A DNA stretch of 64,000 nucleotides from Proteobacteria bacterium CAG:495 (GTDB lineage: Bacteria; Pseudomonadota; Alphaproteobacteria; RF32; CAG-239), in the NCBI GenBank assembly GCA_000432275.1, contig HF995314.1, forward strand, positions 42,313-106,312, in the 5' to 3' direction. The stretch's first letter is position 1. Each line of letters starts with the position of its first letter. The position numbers and the translations under genes were made by a program. Below the pieces are notes generated by a model. The model made no database searches and was not told the origin of the DNA. It was given only the letters and a program-made list of their open reading frames with translations. Of this stretch, positions 37,330-48,236 are shown piece after piece.

Positions 37330-40300
37330 TTTTGCCTCCTTTACCATTTTTTGCGGCCGTTGACGGGGTATAGCTGATGCCGAGGCGATTACCCTTCTTT
37401 TTGACCTCAGCCTGGATCTCGGCTTCTTCCCGGCCATGACCCGACCATTCCTTAATGCTCTCAAACAGTGCAAACAACGCGGGAATGAAAATAATTCCAA
37501 TGAACGTGGCCGCAATCATTCCGAAAAAGACCGAGGTTCCGATGGCAATTTGGCTGGACGCACCGGCGCCGGTGGCAATAATCATCGGGAACACGCCGAG
37601 AATAAAAGTCAACGCCGTCATCAAAACCGCCCGGAACCTTTCTCCGGCGCCTTTCTTCGACGCTTCAAGGATAGATGCTCCGTCATCCCGGTAAGCCTTG
37701 GTAAATTCAACAATTAAGATGGCGTTTTTGGCGGCAAGGCCGATAAGCATAATCAATCCCAGCTGAGCATAGATGCTGAGAGACTGTCCCATCAGATGAA
37801 GCCCGGCTATGGCTCCGAAGATAGCAAACACGGTTGAGAACATTACGGCAAAGGCCAGCATCCAGCTTTCGTACAAAGCAACCAGAAACAAATAGCAAAA
37901 GACAAGAGCCAGTGCAATCAAGAAAGTCGCCAGGCCGGCGGCCTCAACCTCCTGCAAGCTCAATCCGGTCCAGGCAATGGTGTAGCTCTTGGGCAGAATT
38001 TTCGCGGCAATATCCCTGATGCCGTCAATGGCGGTACCGGTACTTACACCGGTTTTTGAACTGGCAACAATAGAGGCATTGCTGTACTGGTTATAACGAT
38101 AAATGATTTTCGGAGAAACCGTGGTTTTAACCGTTGCAAAACTGTCTACCCGCACCAAGGTCCCGTCAGAAGAAGGCACATACAGTTTGCGTACATCCTC
38201 GATATTGCGGCGAAACGGGAAATCAGCCTGGATAATCACTTTGTTTACCTGCCCGCTCAAGGTAATGTTATTGACATAACGAGAGCCCAGATTATTTTGC
38301 AGAGCCTCAAACAAATTAGACACCGGCACCTTAAAAGATTCCAACTTGGTGCGGTCTATGTCCAAATACACGTGGGGCGTATCAGATGTGTAGGTCGAAA
38401 AGGCATAAGCCAAATCAGGAGAGCGGTTTAACTCCATCAAAAACCGTTCCAGGTTTGCAAAAAGTTCCGATGGCGGCGTATTGCCGTCGGTAGCCAGCAA
38501 TTCCAGAGACAAGCCGCTGCTTTGTCCGACACCGGGAATCGAAGGCGGTGCAAAAAAATTGACTTCAGCTCCGGGCGTTTTTCCGAAACGTTCCGACAAT
38601 TGTTCGGTCAGCGCTTCGATTGACAACGATTTTGACTTGCGTTTTGCCCAATCGTCCAAACCGACGACGCCCAGAGCGACGTTTTCACCACCGCCGCCGA
38701 GCAGCGAATAACCGGCAACTGAAATAAAATATTTAATTCCCTTCATTTTCAACGCCTGTTCGGAAATCTCCGCCAACGTCCGGTTGGTTTGGTTAATTCC
38801 GGCCGTATCTCCCAGCTGAATGTTGGCAAAAATGATTCCCTGGTCTTCTTCCGGCAGAAACGACGTAGCCGTCAGTTTAAAACCCAGCCCGACGACGGCA
38901 ATGGTTATCAGAACCACAACCGCAGTCAGTTTCACATATGCGGAAAAATAACCGACGACATCCAGATATTTTTGTTTGAAAAAGTCTATCGTATCATCAA
39001 ACCATTTAAAAAAACCGTGCGGATTTTCCTGTTTGTCGCCGCGCAGGAAAATGGCGCAAAGCGAAGGGCTAAGCGTCAGGGCATTAAAGGCGGAAAAAAC
39101 GACCGCGGTAGCAATGGTTACGGCAAACTGCTGATAAATCTTTCCGGTTATGCCGGCCATCAGTCCAACGGGAATAAATATCGACAGCAGAACAAACGTG
39201 GTGGCGATAATAGCGCTGGCAATCTGCTGCATCGCCTTGATTGAGGCCGTTTTGGAATCCATTTTTTCATAAACCATAAGATACTGGACGCGTTCCACCA
39301 CGATGATGGCGTCATCCACAACCAGCCCGATTGCCAAAATCATTGCAAACAGGGTCAGAATATTAATATCGAACCCGAGGATGTAGATAACCGCAAAAGT
39401 CGCAATCAAGGAAACCGGAATGGTAATTAACGGTATCAGCGTCGTTTTGAACTTTTGGAGAAAAACGTAAGTAACCAAAACGACAAGACTGAAAGTGATG
39501 ACCAGCGTTTCGACAATGCTCTGGATGGAAGCCCGGACATAATCGGTAGAATCGTATGCAACGCGAAACTCCATATCTTCAGGAAAGGTTTTGGCCAGCA
39601 CTTCAATTTCTTTTTTTACATCGTTCATTATGTTGAGGGAATTGGAATTCGGCGTCTGGCTCAAACCGATAATGACGGCGGGCGCATTATCAAAATGGGC
39701 CACCATATTATAACTGTCCGCTCCCAATTCAATCCGGGCGACATCTTTGAGGCGGACTATTCCCCCGTTAGAATCGGTGGTAACCACAATATTTTTGAAA
39801 TCTTCAACATTATTCAGCAATCCCTTGGCGGTCAAAGACAAAACCACTCCTGCACTTTGGGGACTGGGCGCAGCACCGATTTCGCCGATGGAGGCCTGAA
39901 TGTTTTGGGAGGAAATCGCGTTTACGATATCCGTACTGTTTAAACCGAGCGCGGCAAGCTTGTCAGGATTAAGCCACACGCGCATGGAATACTGCGGCCC
40001 GTAGATGGAAACATCGCCGATGCCGGGAACACGCGCCAGCGGATTTTGAATATTGGTATAGGCGAAATTGCTCAGGTACAAATCGTCATAAGTTTTGTTC
40101 GGAGAGCGTAAAACAAGCATACCCAATATGTTCGACATCTGCGTCTTTACGGTAACGCCTTCCTTTTGCACCAGTTCCGGGAGCTGCGACATCACCTGGG
40201 AAAGGCGGTTTTCAACTTTGACCTGAGCGATATCGGCATCGGTTCCGACATCAAAGGTGATTGTCAGCGTATAAGTTCCGTCGTCGTCTGAAGTTGAAGA

Positions 40301-40537
40301 CATATAAAGCATTCCCTCTACGCCGTTAATCTGGTTCTCAATCGGAACGGCGACGGTATCGACCAACACCTGAGCGTTTGAACCGGGATACGAGGTTTGC
40401 ACCACAATCTGCGGCGGCGTAATCTGCGGATACTGGGAGACCGGCAAAACGGCAATGGCAAGCAGTCCCAGCAAAATCATAACAATGGATATGACGCCGG
40501 CAAATCGCGGCTTATCGATAAAAAATTCCGAGAACAT
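37322..40537 (-). CDS. RND multidrug efflux permease (AcrB/HAE1 family), second copy
   Basis: 1,071 aa. N-terminus [24 protein letters not shown]. Paralogous to the 18049..21159 gene. Confidence 0.92.
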   Translation of the reverse strand: MFSEFFIDKPRFAGVISIVMILLGLLAIAVLPVSQYPQITPPQIVVQTSYPGSNAQVLVDTVAVPIENQINGVEGMLYMSSTSDDDGTYTLTITFDVGTDADIAQVKVENRLSQVMSQLPELVQKEGVTVKTQMSNILGMLVLRSPNKTYDDLYLSNFAYTNIQNPLARVPGIGDVSIYGPQYSMRVWLNPDKLAALGLNSTDIVNAISSQNIQASIGEIGAAPSPQSAGVVLSLTAKGLLNNVEDFKNIVVTTDSNGGIVRLKDVARIELGADSYNMVAHFDNAPAVIIGLSQTPNSNSLNIMNDVKKEIEVLAKTFPEDMEFRVAYDSTDYVRASIQSIVETLVITFSLVVLVTYVFLQKFKTTLIPLITIPVSLIATFAVIYILGFDINILTLFAMILAIGLVVDDAIIVVERVQYLMVYEKMDSKTASIKAMQQIASAIIATTFVLLSIFIPVGLMAGITGKIYQQFAVTIATAVVFSAFNALTLSPSLCAIFLRGDKQENPHGFFKWFDDTIDFFKQKYLDVVGYFSAYVKLTAVVVLITIAVVGLGFKLTATSFLPEEDQGIIFANIQLGDTAGINQTNRTLAEISEQALKMKGIKYFISVAGYSLLGGGGENVALGVVGLDDWAKRKSKSLSIEALTEQLSERFGKTPGAEVNFFAPPSIPGVGQSSGLSLELLATDGNTPPSELFANLERFLMELNRSPDLAYAFSTYTSDTPHVYLDIDRTKLESFKVPVSNLFEALQNNLGSRYVNNITLSGQVNKVIIQADFPFRRNIEDVRKLYVPSSDGTLVRVDSFATVKTTVSPKIIYRYNQYSNASIVASSKTGVSTGTAIDGIRDIAAKILPKSYTIAWTGLSLQEVEAAGLATFLIALALVFCYLFLVALYESWMLAFAVMFSTVFAIFGAIAGLHLMGQSLSIYAQLGLIMLIGLAAKNAILIVEFTKAYRDDGASILEASKKGAGERFRAVLMTALTFILGVFPMIIATGAGASSQIAIGTSVFFGMIAATFIGIIFIPALFALFESIKEWSGHGREEAEIQAEVKKKGNRLGISYTPSTAAKNGKGGKNA

Positions 40538-41727
40538 TATTTATTCTCCTTTGCCTTTGCAGACGGCGACACTACATTCAATTTGATTTTAACATTTTCC
40601 GGCAAGCGTCCGACTTTGTCCAAGACCAGATATTCGTCCTTGGCAAAACGATTGCCGAGAACATATCCGTCGTCAAGAGAGGCAACTATTTTGACCGGCG
40701 TTTTATATAGCTTGCTGCCGCGCACGGTATAGATGTAATTGCCCGAAGCATCCATCGTTACCAAATTTTGCTTTACCACATAGGCGTCCGGCATCGTACG
40801 TTCGACCAAAACGTCTACATATGCGTTGGCGACCAATATTTTGTCGGGATTGGGAAAATCGGCGTAAATAGCAATAGAATTTGTTGCCCGGTCAATTTCA
40901 TTGGCGGTAAAACGAAACTCTCCGTTATACGGATACTGCAAACCGCCGGCCAGCTTAAGACGAATGTTCTCTCCGGCAAAAAGCCGCTCGCGGTTACGGG
41001 CGGTTTCATCCAGATATTCTTTGTCGGTGATAGAAAAGACAACCCGTATGGGATCATACTGTATTATTTTCAGCAACGGCTGCGAAGCCGGCGACACATA
41101 ATTTCCGCGCGTCAGATCGACATTGCCTACAATACCGTCAATCGGGGCCTGCAACAGCGTATAATCGTAATTGACACGGGCCTGTTCCCGGTCAGCCTTG
41201 GCCTGAGACAAAGCCCCCTGAGCTGCCAGATATTTCGCTTTGGCATTATCGATTTCCGTTTTGGAAATAGCTTTGGCTCCGGCTTTTTTTATTCGCTGAT
41301 AATAAACGCTTGCATTGTTAAAATCCGCCTGAGCCTGGGTGACCGAAGCATTGGCGGCGTCAAGACGGGCTTTGTATTCATCCGGCTGAATGAGAATCAG
41401 GTTATCGCCGGCTGATACCTCCTGCCCTCCCTCTACCCAGACTGTTTCCAGATAACCGCTAATCTGGGGAACGACTTCAACGGATTTGACCGGGGTAACA
41501 TAACCGATGTATTGGTTTGAAAAAGTTACCTCACGAGGCTGCAGAGGCATTACGTTCAAAACCATTTCATTGGAAGGCGCCGGCGAAGTTTTGCTGTGTC
41601 CGGACCGCGGCCACAGCATATAGACGGCAGTTGCCGCTGCAATTATAATCAGCACCAGCAGCAAGCGGCTGTAAAACTTTTTCTCAATATCTCCGGTAAT
41701 CGGCTGACTTTTTTGCTTTTTCGGCAT
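40537..41727 (-). CDS. RND efflux membrane fusion protein (AcrA-like), second copy
   Basis: 396-aa MFP. Its stop overlaps the RND start. Confidence 0.9.
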   Translation of the reverse strand: MPKKQKSQPITGDIEKKFYSRLLLVLIIIAAATAVYMLWPRSGHSKTSPAPSNEMVLNVMPLQPREVTFSNQYIGYVTPVKSVEVVPQISGYLETVWVEGGQEVSAGDNLILIQPDEYKARLDAANASVTQAQADFNNASVYYQRIKKAGAKAISKTEIDNAKAKYLAAQGALSQAKADREQARVNYDYTLLQAPIDGIVGNVDLTRGNYVSPASQPLLKIIQYDPIRVVFSITDKEYLDETARNRERLFAGENIRLKLAGGLQYPYNGEFRFTANEIDRATNSIAIYADFPNPDKILVANAYVDVLVERTMPDAYVVKQNLVTMDASGNYIYTVRGSKLYKTPVKIVASLDDGYVLGNRFAKDEYLVLDKVGRLPENVKIKLNVVSPSAKAKENK

Positions 41728-41813
41728 GACATCCCCTGCATAAAGTTTGTTTCTTTGACGATTAAACTTTAAATAAGCGGGATTTGCCTGTATTCAAGAT
41801 AAGAAATTTAAGA

Positions 41814-42587
41814 TTACACCGACCTAATCATTTCCAAAAGGGCACCGAGGGAATGGTTGACCTCTGCCAAATCAGACTGGCTTTGCAGCCGGTGGTTGCC
41901 ATGTTTCAGCAACTTGACCGTCACTTTTTCAGAGGTCAGCCTGTCGGCGATTTCCAAAGCCCGCTTCCAGGGAACGCAGGCATCTTCCTGTCCGTGCAGC
42001 AGCTGAACGGGGCAATTGATTTCCAAAGGCTTGTCCAACAACGAGTTTTGGCGGCAGGAATCAATCAGTTTTTTGGTAAAGACATATGAGAAGTCTTTGG
42101 TACCGAACTCCAGACTTTCACCGCTTTCCAGCTTTGCAATCTGCTCCTCATTAAACGCATATGCATACAAATCTTTCTGATACTCGGGAGCCGCCGCAAG
42201 ACCTATCAGCCCTTTGACCCGTTCCGGACGTTCACGGGCGGCAATCAACGACAACCAACCGCCGATGGAAGAACCCACCATCAGCACGTCTCCCTCAACC
42301 AGCGTGTCTATCACTTCAAGCGTCTGCCGTTTCCAGACGTTAAAATCAGCTTTGGCATAGTTTGCAATGTCCGAACCGTGTCCGGCAAGCTCGAATCGCA
42401 AAAAGTCCAAACCGGCCGACAAAACCATTGCCTTAATTGCCTCGGGCTTTTCGCCCCAGGGGGAGGAACAAAGCCCGTGAAGATAGACAACCGTTAATTT
42501 CGGCGTATTTTTGTTAATGTTTGCGGTTTTTGCTTGGCTGTACTCAAATTCCGTTGTAAATTGGGTTTCATACGTGTAAAGTGGCAT
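41814..42587 (-). CDS. alpha/beta-fold hydrolase (esterase/peptidase-like)
   Basis: Nucleophile elbow G-S-S-I-G, HG oxyanion region (VYLHGLCSS) and a C-terminal His. Start trimmed to MPLYTYE at 42587 because the longer ORF overlaps the divergent GT4 gene. Confidence 0.75.
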   Translation of the reverse strand: MPLYTYETQFTTEFEYSQAKTANINKNTPKLTVVYLHGLCSSPWGEKPEAIKAMVLSAGLDFLRFELAGHGSDIANYAKADFNVWKRQTLEVIDTLVEGDVLMVGSSIGGWLSLIAARERPERVKGLIGLAAAPEYQKDLYAYAFNEEQIAKLESGESLEFGTKDFSYVFTKKLIDSCRQNSLLDKPLEINCPVQLLHGQEDACVPWKRALEIADRLTSEKVTVKLLKHGNHRLQSQSDLAEVNHSLGALLEMIRSV

Positions 42588-42639
42588 AAAACAGAATCCC
42601 CTGCGATTAGTTAAATTTGATAAGGATAGTAAAGTTAAT

Positions 42640-43791
42640 ATGGCTAAGAGTAAAGAGAAATCACCAGTCGTTTTGCAGGTGCTGCCGGAATTGGAAACCG
42701 GGGGCGTTGAAGTCGGCACCGTGGAAATCGCGACCGAACTGCAAAAACGCGGCATAAAAAACTTCGTTGCCTCCAAAGGCGGACGAATGGTTTACGATTT
42801 GGATAAAGTAAAAGTCAAACATCTGACTTTGCCGTTGAAAAGCAAAAATCCCTTTGTGATTCTGAGCAACGCCAAAAAACTTGAACAATTTATCAAAGAG
42901 AACGGCATCAACATTGTTCACGCCCGTTCCCGCGCCCCGGCCTGGAGCGCTTATCTGGCAGCCAAACGCGCCGGTGTGCATTTTATGACAACATTCCACG
43001 GCACATACGGTCTTGGCCCCTGGGGCATTAAAAAAGCCTATAACAAGGTGATGACTTTCGGCGAACGGATGATTGCCATCTCAAACCACATTAAACAGCA
43101 TGTGTTGAAAAATTACAAAATTTCCGAAGACAAAATCACGTTGATTCACCGCTGTGCAGACATTGAAAGATTTTCGCCCGAAGCGGTAACTCAAGAACGA
43201 ATGATTAACAAAATCAAGGAATACAACATTGCGGAAGACAAACCGGTGCTGTTGCTGCCGGGACGGGTTACCCGCTGGAAAGGCCAGCATTTGCTGATTG
43301 AGGCTCTGCATTTGATGAAGCATAAAAACTATTACTGCATTATCACCGGAGACGCCCAGGGACGGCAAAAATATCTGGATTATCTGGAAAAGCTGACCGT
43401 TAAATACAAACTGAAAAACAGAGTGGGCTTTTTTGGCCGTTACAGCGACGTTCCCGCGCTGATGATGGTATCCAACGTCATTTTGTCAACGGCAATCGAG
43501 CCGGAGGCTTTCGGCCGGATTTCGGTAGAGGGACAGGCTATGGGCAAAATCGTGGTCGCCTCAAACATCGGCGGTTCGCTTGACACCATCAAAGACGGCG
43601 TTACCGGAAAACTTTACCAATATGACAACCCGCAGGCCCTGGCGGACGCCCTCGACTGGGCATTAAGCCTTTCCGATGCGGAAAAGGCCGCTATCGGCAA
43701 AGCCGGCATTAAAAATGTAAAAGAAAACTTCACAAAAGAAATTATGTGTGATAAGACTATTAAGGTTTACAAGGAGTTAGTCAACTCCTGA
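42640..43791 (+). CDS. glycosyltransferase family 4 (GT-B, RfaG/WaaG-like)
   Basis: N-terminus VLPELETGGVEVGTVEIATEL and a C-terminal EPEAFGRISVEGQAMG (E-x7-E) GT4 motif. Confidence 0.85.
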   Translation: MAKSKEKSPVVLQVLPELETGGVEVGTVEIATELQKRGIKNFVASKGGRMVYDLDKVKVKHLTLPLKSKNPFVILSNAKKLEQFIKENGINIVHARSRAPAWSAYLAAKRAGVHFMTTFHGTYGLGPWGIKKAYNKVMTFGERMIAISNHIKQHVLKNYKISEDKITLIHRCADIERFSPEAVTQERMINKIKEYNIAEDKPVLLLPGRVTRWKGQHLLIEALHLMKHKNYYCIITGDAQGRQKYLDYLEKLTVKYKLKNRVGFFGRYSDVPALMMVSNVILSTAIEPEAFGRISVEGQAMGKIVVASNIGGSLDTIKDGVTGKLYQYDNPQALADALDWALSLSDAEKAAIGKAGIKNVKENFTKEIMCDKTIKVYKELVNS

Positions 43792-43812
43792 CAAGCGTTT
43801 TGCCTTACCGGA

Positions 43813-43843
43813 AGATTTGTCGGAACCGGTAAGGAGCGGCATA
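43813..43843 (+). promoter_or_regulatory. 9-bp perfect hairpin (CCTTACCGG-N13-CCGGTAAGG) in the thrS leader / 3' of the GT4 gene
   Basis: Seen directly in the sequence. Could be a terminator for the GT4 gene or a thrS translational operator. No T-tract immediately follows. Confidence 0.3.
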
Positions 43844-43919
43844 AAAAAGCCGTTGGGAGTCCCTTTTTTTCCGGCAGAATGTTTTAATAAAAAACAATAA
43901 GTTAATAAGGAAATTTAAA

Positions 43920-45851
43920 ATGGTTGCGATTAAATTACCCGATGGGTCAAGTATGAATATGGAGAGCGGTGTCAACGGCTTTGACATTGCCAATAAAATC
44001 AGTCCGAATCTCGCTAAAGCTGCTTTAGCTATCACCGTAAACGGCAAGACACAAGATTTGAGCACTCCTATCACTACCGACGCAACCGTAACAATCATTA
44101 CCGGTAAAGATAAAGAGGGCCTGCACATCATCCGTCACTCTTGCTCACACGTGATGGCCGAAGCCGTCAAAGAACTGTGGAAAGACGTTCAGGTTACCAT
44201 AGGCCCTGCTATTGAAAACGGCTTTTATTACGATTTTGCCCGCAAAGAACCGTTTACGACGGAGGATTTTGCCAAAATCGAAGAGAAAATGCACGAAATC
44301 GTTAAACGTGACGAAAAGGTCGAAAGAATTGTTATGCCGCGTAACGAAGCCATCAAGTTCTTCAAAGATATGGGAGAACATTATAAGGCCGAAATTATTG
44401 AGGATTTGCCGGAAGATGAAGTTATTTCCCTTTACAGACAGGGTGACTTTACCGATCTTTGCCGCGGTCCCCATGTTCCTTCGACCGGAAAAATCGGCGA
44501 TGCATTCAAACTGATGAAAGTTGCCGGCGCTTATTGGCGCGGCGATGCCAGCAAAGAGATGCTGCAACGCATTTATGCAACGGCCTGGGCCGACAAAAAA
44601 GATTTGAAAGCTTATCTGGAAATGTTGGAAGAAGCCGAAAAACGCGATCACCGCAAGCTCGGCAAAGAAATGGATTTGTTCCATTTTGAACCGGAATATG
44701 CCCCGGGTGCGGTTTTCTGGCATGACAAAGGCTACAAAATCTACCGCAAGCTGATTGAATATATGCGCAAACGCCAGGAAAACAACGGCTATATCGAAAT
44801 TGCAACGCCGCGCATTATGGACCGCTGCCTGTGGGAGACTTCCGGCCACTGGGATAAATACGGCGCTCACAACTATTCGGGCAAAACCGAAGACAACAAA
44901 CAATTTTGCGTTAAGCCGATGAACTGCCCGGGCGGTCTGCTGGTTTACAAGCAGGGAATTAAATCTTACCGCGACCTGCCGCTGCGTGTGGCCGAATTCG
45001 GTATGGTAAACCGTTATGAAGCTTCCGGCTCGCTCATGGGGTTGATGCGGGTGCGCGAATTTACCCAAGACGATGCTCACATCTTCTGCACCTTGGAACA
45101 AATGGAAGAAGAATGCGTCAAAACCATTAAACTGATTTTGGACATTTATAAAGATTTCGGCTTTAATGACGTTAAGATTTATCTGTCAACCCGTCCGGAG
45201 AGTGTTTACCGCATCGGCTCCGACGAGGTCTGGGACATTTCGGAAAAGGCTCTTGCCAACGCATTGGAACATAACGGTTACGAATATGAAATCAATCCGG
45301 GCGAAGGCGCATTTTACGGCCCCAAACTGGAATTTATCCTCAAAGACGCCATCGGCCGCGAATGGCAGTGCGGTACGGTTCAAATGGATATGAACCTGCC
45401 TCAGCGCTTTGACATCTCCTACATCGGCGAAGACGGCGAAAAACATCAGCCGGTTATGCTGCACCGTGCACTGTTTGGCTCTATTGAGCGCTTTCTCGGC
45501 ATTCTGATTGAAAATCATGCCGGCAAACTGCCGTTGTGGCTCTCTCCGGAACAGGTTGTGGTCGCACCGATTGTCAGCGACTTTGACGATTATGCCGAAG
45601 AAGTTGTAAGAAAACTCAAAGCTGCCGGAATTTATGCAAGAACTGATTTGCGCAATGAAAAAATCAACTACAAAATCAGAGAACATTCTGTAGCGAAAAT
45701 TCCGGTTATTGCCGTTGTCGGTGCAAAAGAAAAAGAAAACGGCACGGTTACCGTTCGCCGAATTGGCTCTGACAAACAGGAAGTTATGAAGTTGGACGAC
45801 TTTATTTCGGCATTGACAGAAGAGGCAAAAATGCCGTCACAAGACCGCTAA
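43920..45851 (+). CDS. thrS: threonine--tRNA ligase ThrS
   Basis: TGS domain N-terminus, class II aaRS motifs and a C-terminal anticodon-binding domain. 643 aa. Confidence 0.95.
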   Translation: MVAIKLPDGSSMNMESGVNGFDIANKISPNLAKAALAITVNGKTQDLSTPITTDATVTIITGKDKEGLHIIRHSCSHVMAEAVKELWKDVQVTIGPAIENGFYYDFARKEPFTTEDFAKIEEKMHEIVKRDEKVERIVMPRNEAIKFFKDMGEHYKAEIIEDLPEDEVISLYRQGDFTDLCRGPHVPSTGKIGDAFKLMKVAGAYWRGDASKEMLQRIYATAWADKKDLKAYLEMLEEAEKRDHRKLGKEMDLFHFEPEYAPGAVFWHDKGYKIYRKLIEYMRKRQENNGYIEIATPRIMDRCLWETSGHWDKYGAHNYSGKTEDNKQFCVKPMNCPGGLLVYKQGIKSYRDLPLRVAEFGMVNRYEASGSLMGLMRVREFTQDDAHIFCTLEQMEEECVKTIKLILDIYKDFGFNDVKIYLSTRPESVYRIGSDEVWDISEKALANALEHNGYEYEINPGEGAFYGPKLEFILKDAIGREWQCGTVQMDMNLPQRFDISYIGEDGEKHQPVMLHRALFGSIERFLGILIENHAGKLPLWLSPEQVVVAPIVSDFDDYAEEVVRKLKAAGIYARTDLRNEKINYKIREHSVAKIPVIAVVGAKEKENGTVTVRRIGSDKQEVMKLDDFISALTEEAKMPSQDR

Positions 45852-45872
45852 TCTGTAGCTTTTGTTTTAGAA

Positions 45873-45908
45873 AATCCCTTTCTTTTCCGAAAAGAGAGGG
45901 ATTTTTTT
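45873..45908 (+). terminator. rho-independent terminator after thrS
   Basis: 14-bp stem (one G-U) AATCCCTTTCTTTT / AAAAGAGAGGGATT followed by a T7 run. Confidence 0.75.
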
Positions 45909-46011
45909 GTCCTTAGGGGTTAAGTTATGATTGACTCGTTTTGGTCGTTTTGATATACTGAAAGAGGAACAGCGGGTTCCGGTTTTCTTTTATTATCTGA
46001 GGACGACGGCC

Positions 46012-47463
46012 ATGAGAAACAGCAAGCTTTTTACTTTTATGCTATGTATAGGCACTATTCATTCCGGAACGGTAAAAGGCTTTGTGCCTCCAGCTTCCAC
46101 CGATGATATAATTACACACACCGACCTTACGCCGGAACCCCTGGCCGCCGTCGACAACGCTTATCGCCTGGCCGCAACCTGGTGGCTTCCCGACTGGCAG
46201 GATTCTCAAAAGTCGCGCGGCAACCAATGTGAGGGCGGCGTATGCGAAGGCGGAGACCTTAAAGGCGACTGCGGTAACTATGGGTTATACCAAACCTGCC
46301 CTTCTCCAAAGCTTTCAACCGGCATTACTCATCCGACGTCAGATTTGACTTGTCAGAAGTCTTGCTACTGTCCGGCCAATTATCAGTACACTTCTTCCAA
46401 CTGTTCGGGCAACCGGGAGCCTTCCGGTGGTTCCTGTGACGGAAAATACAATGCCTGCAGTTGTAAAAAGGAATTTAAATATAACAGTTCAAACTGCAAC
46501 GGCGAAAACGAACTCGGCGGAACCTCTTGTGACGGAAATTACAATTCCTGTACGGTTCGTCCCGAATGTACGGTTTCTTCAAAATCATGCACTTACGGAT
46601 GCAAGACTTACAATTCATGCGACCGATGCACCGAATGCAAAACCAATCCCGACTGCGACGTGTCGTCAAAGTCCTGTACCTACGGCTGCGCTTCATACAA
46701 CAGTTGTTCCAAGTGTACTTCCTGCAAAGAGAATCCCGATTGCAGCGCGACGCCGGTTTCTTGTACTTACGGCTGCGCCTCAACCAACTCCTGCGGCATC
46801 TGTATCTCATGCGCGGGCAATCCGGACTGCAACGTCAGTTCCAAATCCTGCGATTACGGCTGTTCTTCTTACAACTCCTGCGACAAGTGCATTTCCTGTA
46901 AATCCTGTACGCCATACTCAGATGAGACAGGATGTTCTTACGGAAGTTACTCTTGTTCTGACGGATGCGGCGGTACCAGAACCTGTTGTTCGCCGAAACC
47001 GTCTGATCCTTGCGCATCCGTTTCCTGCGGGTCTAACGCATATTGTTCCGGCGGTTCCTGCTATTGTGATTCCGGTTATGAAGGCAATGCTTACAGCGGC
47101 TGCACCAAGACGGATCCCTGTGCCGGCATCAGCTGCCCCTCGAACAAGAGCTGCACTTACGGATGTGCTTCTTACTCCAGTGCTACATCCTGTTGTTCGT
47201 CTGTTTGTACCGCTTGTAAATCGGCACCGCAACCGGAGCCCAGTCCCTCCCCCAGCCCGAGTTCTTCTCCAGAACCGAGTTCATCGCCTGAACCTGTCGA
47301 GCCGTCCAAACCTTCTGAAGCTCAATGCCGAAAAATGTATCCGGACTATAATGAGTGTGTCTGGGGTGGCAGCGGTTGTAAGATATGTGACGACAGGTCT
47401 TTCCGTATGCCGGCTCCCTGTGATGACTATTTTTATCAAGAAGCCCGCTGTGCATCATGGTAA
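46012..47463 (+). CDS. secreted Cys-rich repeat protein (paralogous module to the giant protein) with 4 x 29-aa tandem repeats and a P/S/E-rich linker
   Basis: Start at MRNSKLFTFMLCIGTIHSG (signal-like) after GAGGA. Contains C-x-C-P-x-N-Y modules (SCYCPANYQY, ACSCKKEFKY), four NPDC-x5-SC-[TD]-YGC-x-S-[YT]-NSC-x2-C-x-SC repeats and a PQPEPSPSPSPSSSPEPSSSPEP linker. Confidence 0.7.
   Translation: MRNSKLFTFMLCIGTIHSGTVKGFVPPASTDDIITHTDLTPEPLAAVDNAYRLAATWWLPDWQDSQKSRGNQCEGGVCEGGDLKGDCGNYGLYQTCPSPKLSTGITHPTSDLTCQKSCYCPANYQYTSSNCSGNREPSGGSCDGKYNACSCKKEFKYNSSNCNGENELGGTSCDGNYNSCTVRPECTVSSKSCTYGCKTYNSCDRCTECKTNPDCDVSSKSCTYGCASYNSCSKCTSCKENPDCSATPVSCTYGCASTNSCGICISCAGNPDCNVSSKSCDYGCSSYNSCDKCISCKSCTPYSDETGCSYGSYSCSDGCGGTRTCCSPKPSDPCASVSCGSNAYCSGGSCYCDSGYEGNAYSGCTKTDPCAGISCPSNKSCTYGCASYSSATSCCSSVCTACKSAPQPEPSPSPSPSSSPEPSSSPEPVEPSKPSEAQCRKMYPDYNECVWGGSGCKICDDRSFRMPAPCDDYFYQEARCASW
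46558..46905 (+). repeat. four diverged in-frame tandem repeats of 87 bp (29-aa Cys-rich units)
   Basis: Peptide units RPECTVSSKSCTYGCKTYNSCDRCTECKT, NPDCDVSSKSCTYGCASYNSCSKCTSCKE, NPDCSATPVSCTYGCASTNSCGICISCAG and NPDCNVSSKSCDYGCSSYNSCDKCISCKS. Confidence 0.8.
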
Positions 47464-48236
47464 CGGAAAACGAGCTTATAGATAAGATTGCGGCATATAT
47501 GCAAAACAATGCAACGCTGTGCCCGCTTGTTTTTGACGAACATAATCTCGTCTATGATTATGTTCGTCAGGGACTGCTCAACATTGCCGATTTCTTTATT
47601 GAACAAACGCAAAAAGCTTTTGCTTCGCTTAAGGTTGAAGACATTGTTCTGGCCGGAGGCATTGTTTCTTATATTTACAACGACCAAACCGACATCGACC
47701 TCGGGATTGTTGTCTGCCCCGAAACCGACGGTTACAATCCAGATATGGTGCAGCAAATGTTTCGTTATGTTAACCGCGCCTTTCCCCAAAAGGGATACAG
47801 ATTTAACCTGTTTGCCAGAAACATTGATTACGGGCTGGTAGAACCATCCCACTTTTTTCATGGAAGCGGAACATACTCACTCTCCGAAAACCGCTGGCGG
47901 CAAATGCCGGTACACCGCGAGTTTACTTATTCTCCGCAAGAGTTATTCGAATACTACAAAGATTACTGTGACAAAGTACATCACTTTGTAAACACTTTAC
48001 CGAAAGTGGAAGACAAATGGCTGACTTTTGAGAGCTGCCGGAGGCTGGAGGCTCATTTGGACGCCCTTAAGAAAGACGCCCTGCTGCTCAAAGAAAACGG
48101 ACCGGAACAAGAATACGGCATGGAATACAACTGTCACAGAATCTTCAACAAATTAGGCGTTTACGGACATTTCAAATCAATTATAACCGAAGCGCATTAC
48201 CAACTCGTCAATGTTTTGGAGCTCCGCGATGAATGA
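47457..48236 (+). CDS. nucleotidyltransferase-fold protein 1 (Pol-beta superfamily; ANT(4')/Lnu-like size and motif)
   Basis: The motif G-G-I-V-S-Y-I-Y-N-D-Q-T-D-I-D fits hG[GS]-x9-13-D-h-[DE]. 259 aa. Its start overlaps the stop of the upstream Cys-rich gene (ATGGTAA). Confidence 0.65.
   Translation: MVTENELIDKIAAYMQNNATLCPLVFDEHNLVYDYVRQGLLNIADFFIEQTQKAFASLKVEDIVLAGGIVSYIYNDQTDIDLGIVVCPETDGYNPDMVQQMFRYVNRAFPQKGYRFNLFARNIDYGLVEPSHFFHGSGTYSLSENRWRQMPVHREFTYSPQELFEYYKDYCDKVHHFVNTLPKVEDKWLTFESCRRLEAHLDALKKDALLLKENGPEQEYGMEYNCHRIFNKLGVYGHFKSIITEAHYQLVNVLELRDE

Noticed and set aside
37329-37515. 62-codon N-terminal extension of the OMF ORF ([10 protein letters not shown]...)
   Set aside because: It overlaps the 3' end of the RND gene. 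The lipobox start [16 protein letters not shown] at 37329, with RBS AAAGGAGG, is the credible start.
42588-42776. 63-codon N-terminal extension of the alpha/beta hydrolase ORF
   Set aside because: It is antisense to the start of the divergent GT4 gene. MPLYTYE at 42587 is the more plausible start.
45931-46011. TTG-initiated extension MTRFGRFDILKEEQRV... of the Cys-rich repeat gene
   Set aside because: The ATG at 46012 follows a GAGGA RBS and begins a signal-peptide-like sequence.
46558-46905. Possible CRISPR-like periodicity (repeats of about 87 bp)
   Set aside because: The repeats are in-frame, diverged and encode Cys-rich peptide units. There are no short identical direct repeats with unique spacers anywhere in the window.
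46427-47485. 352-aa ORF in an alternative frame over the Cys-rich repeat gene
   Set aside because: The 46012 frame has the signal peptide, the 29-aa repeats and the shared C-x-C-P module. The alternative frame is a Pro/Arg/Thr-rich out-of-frame read.
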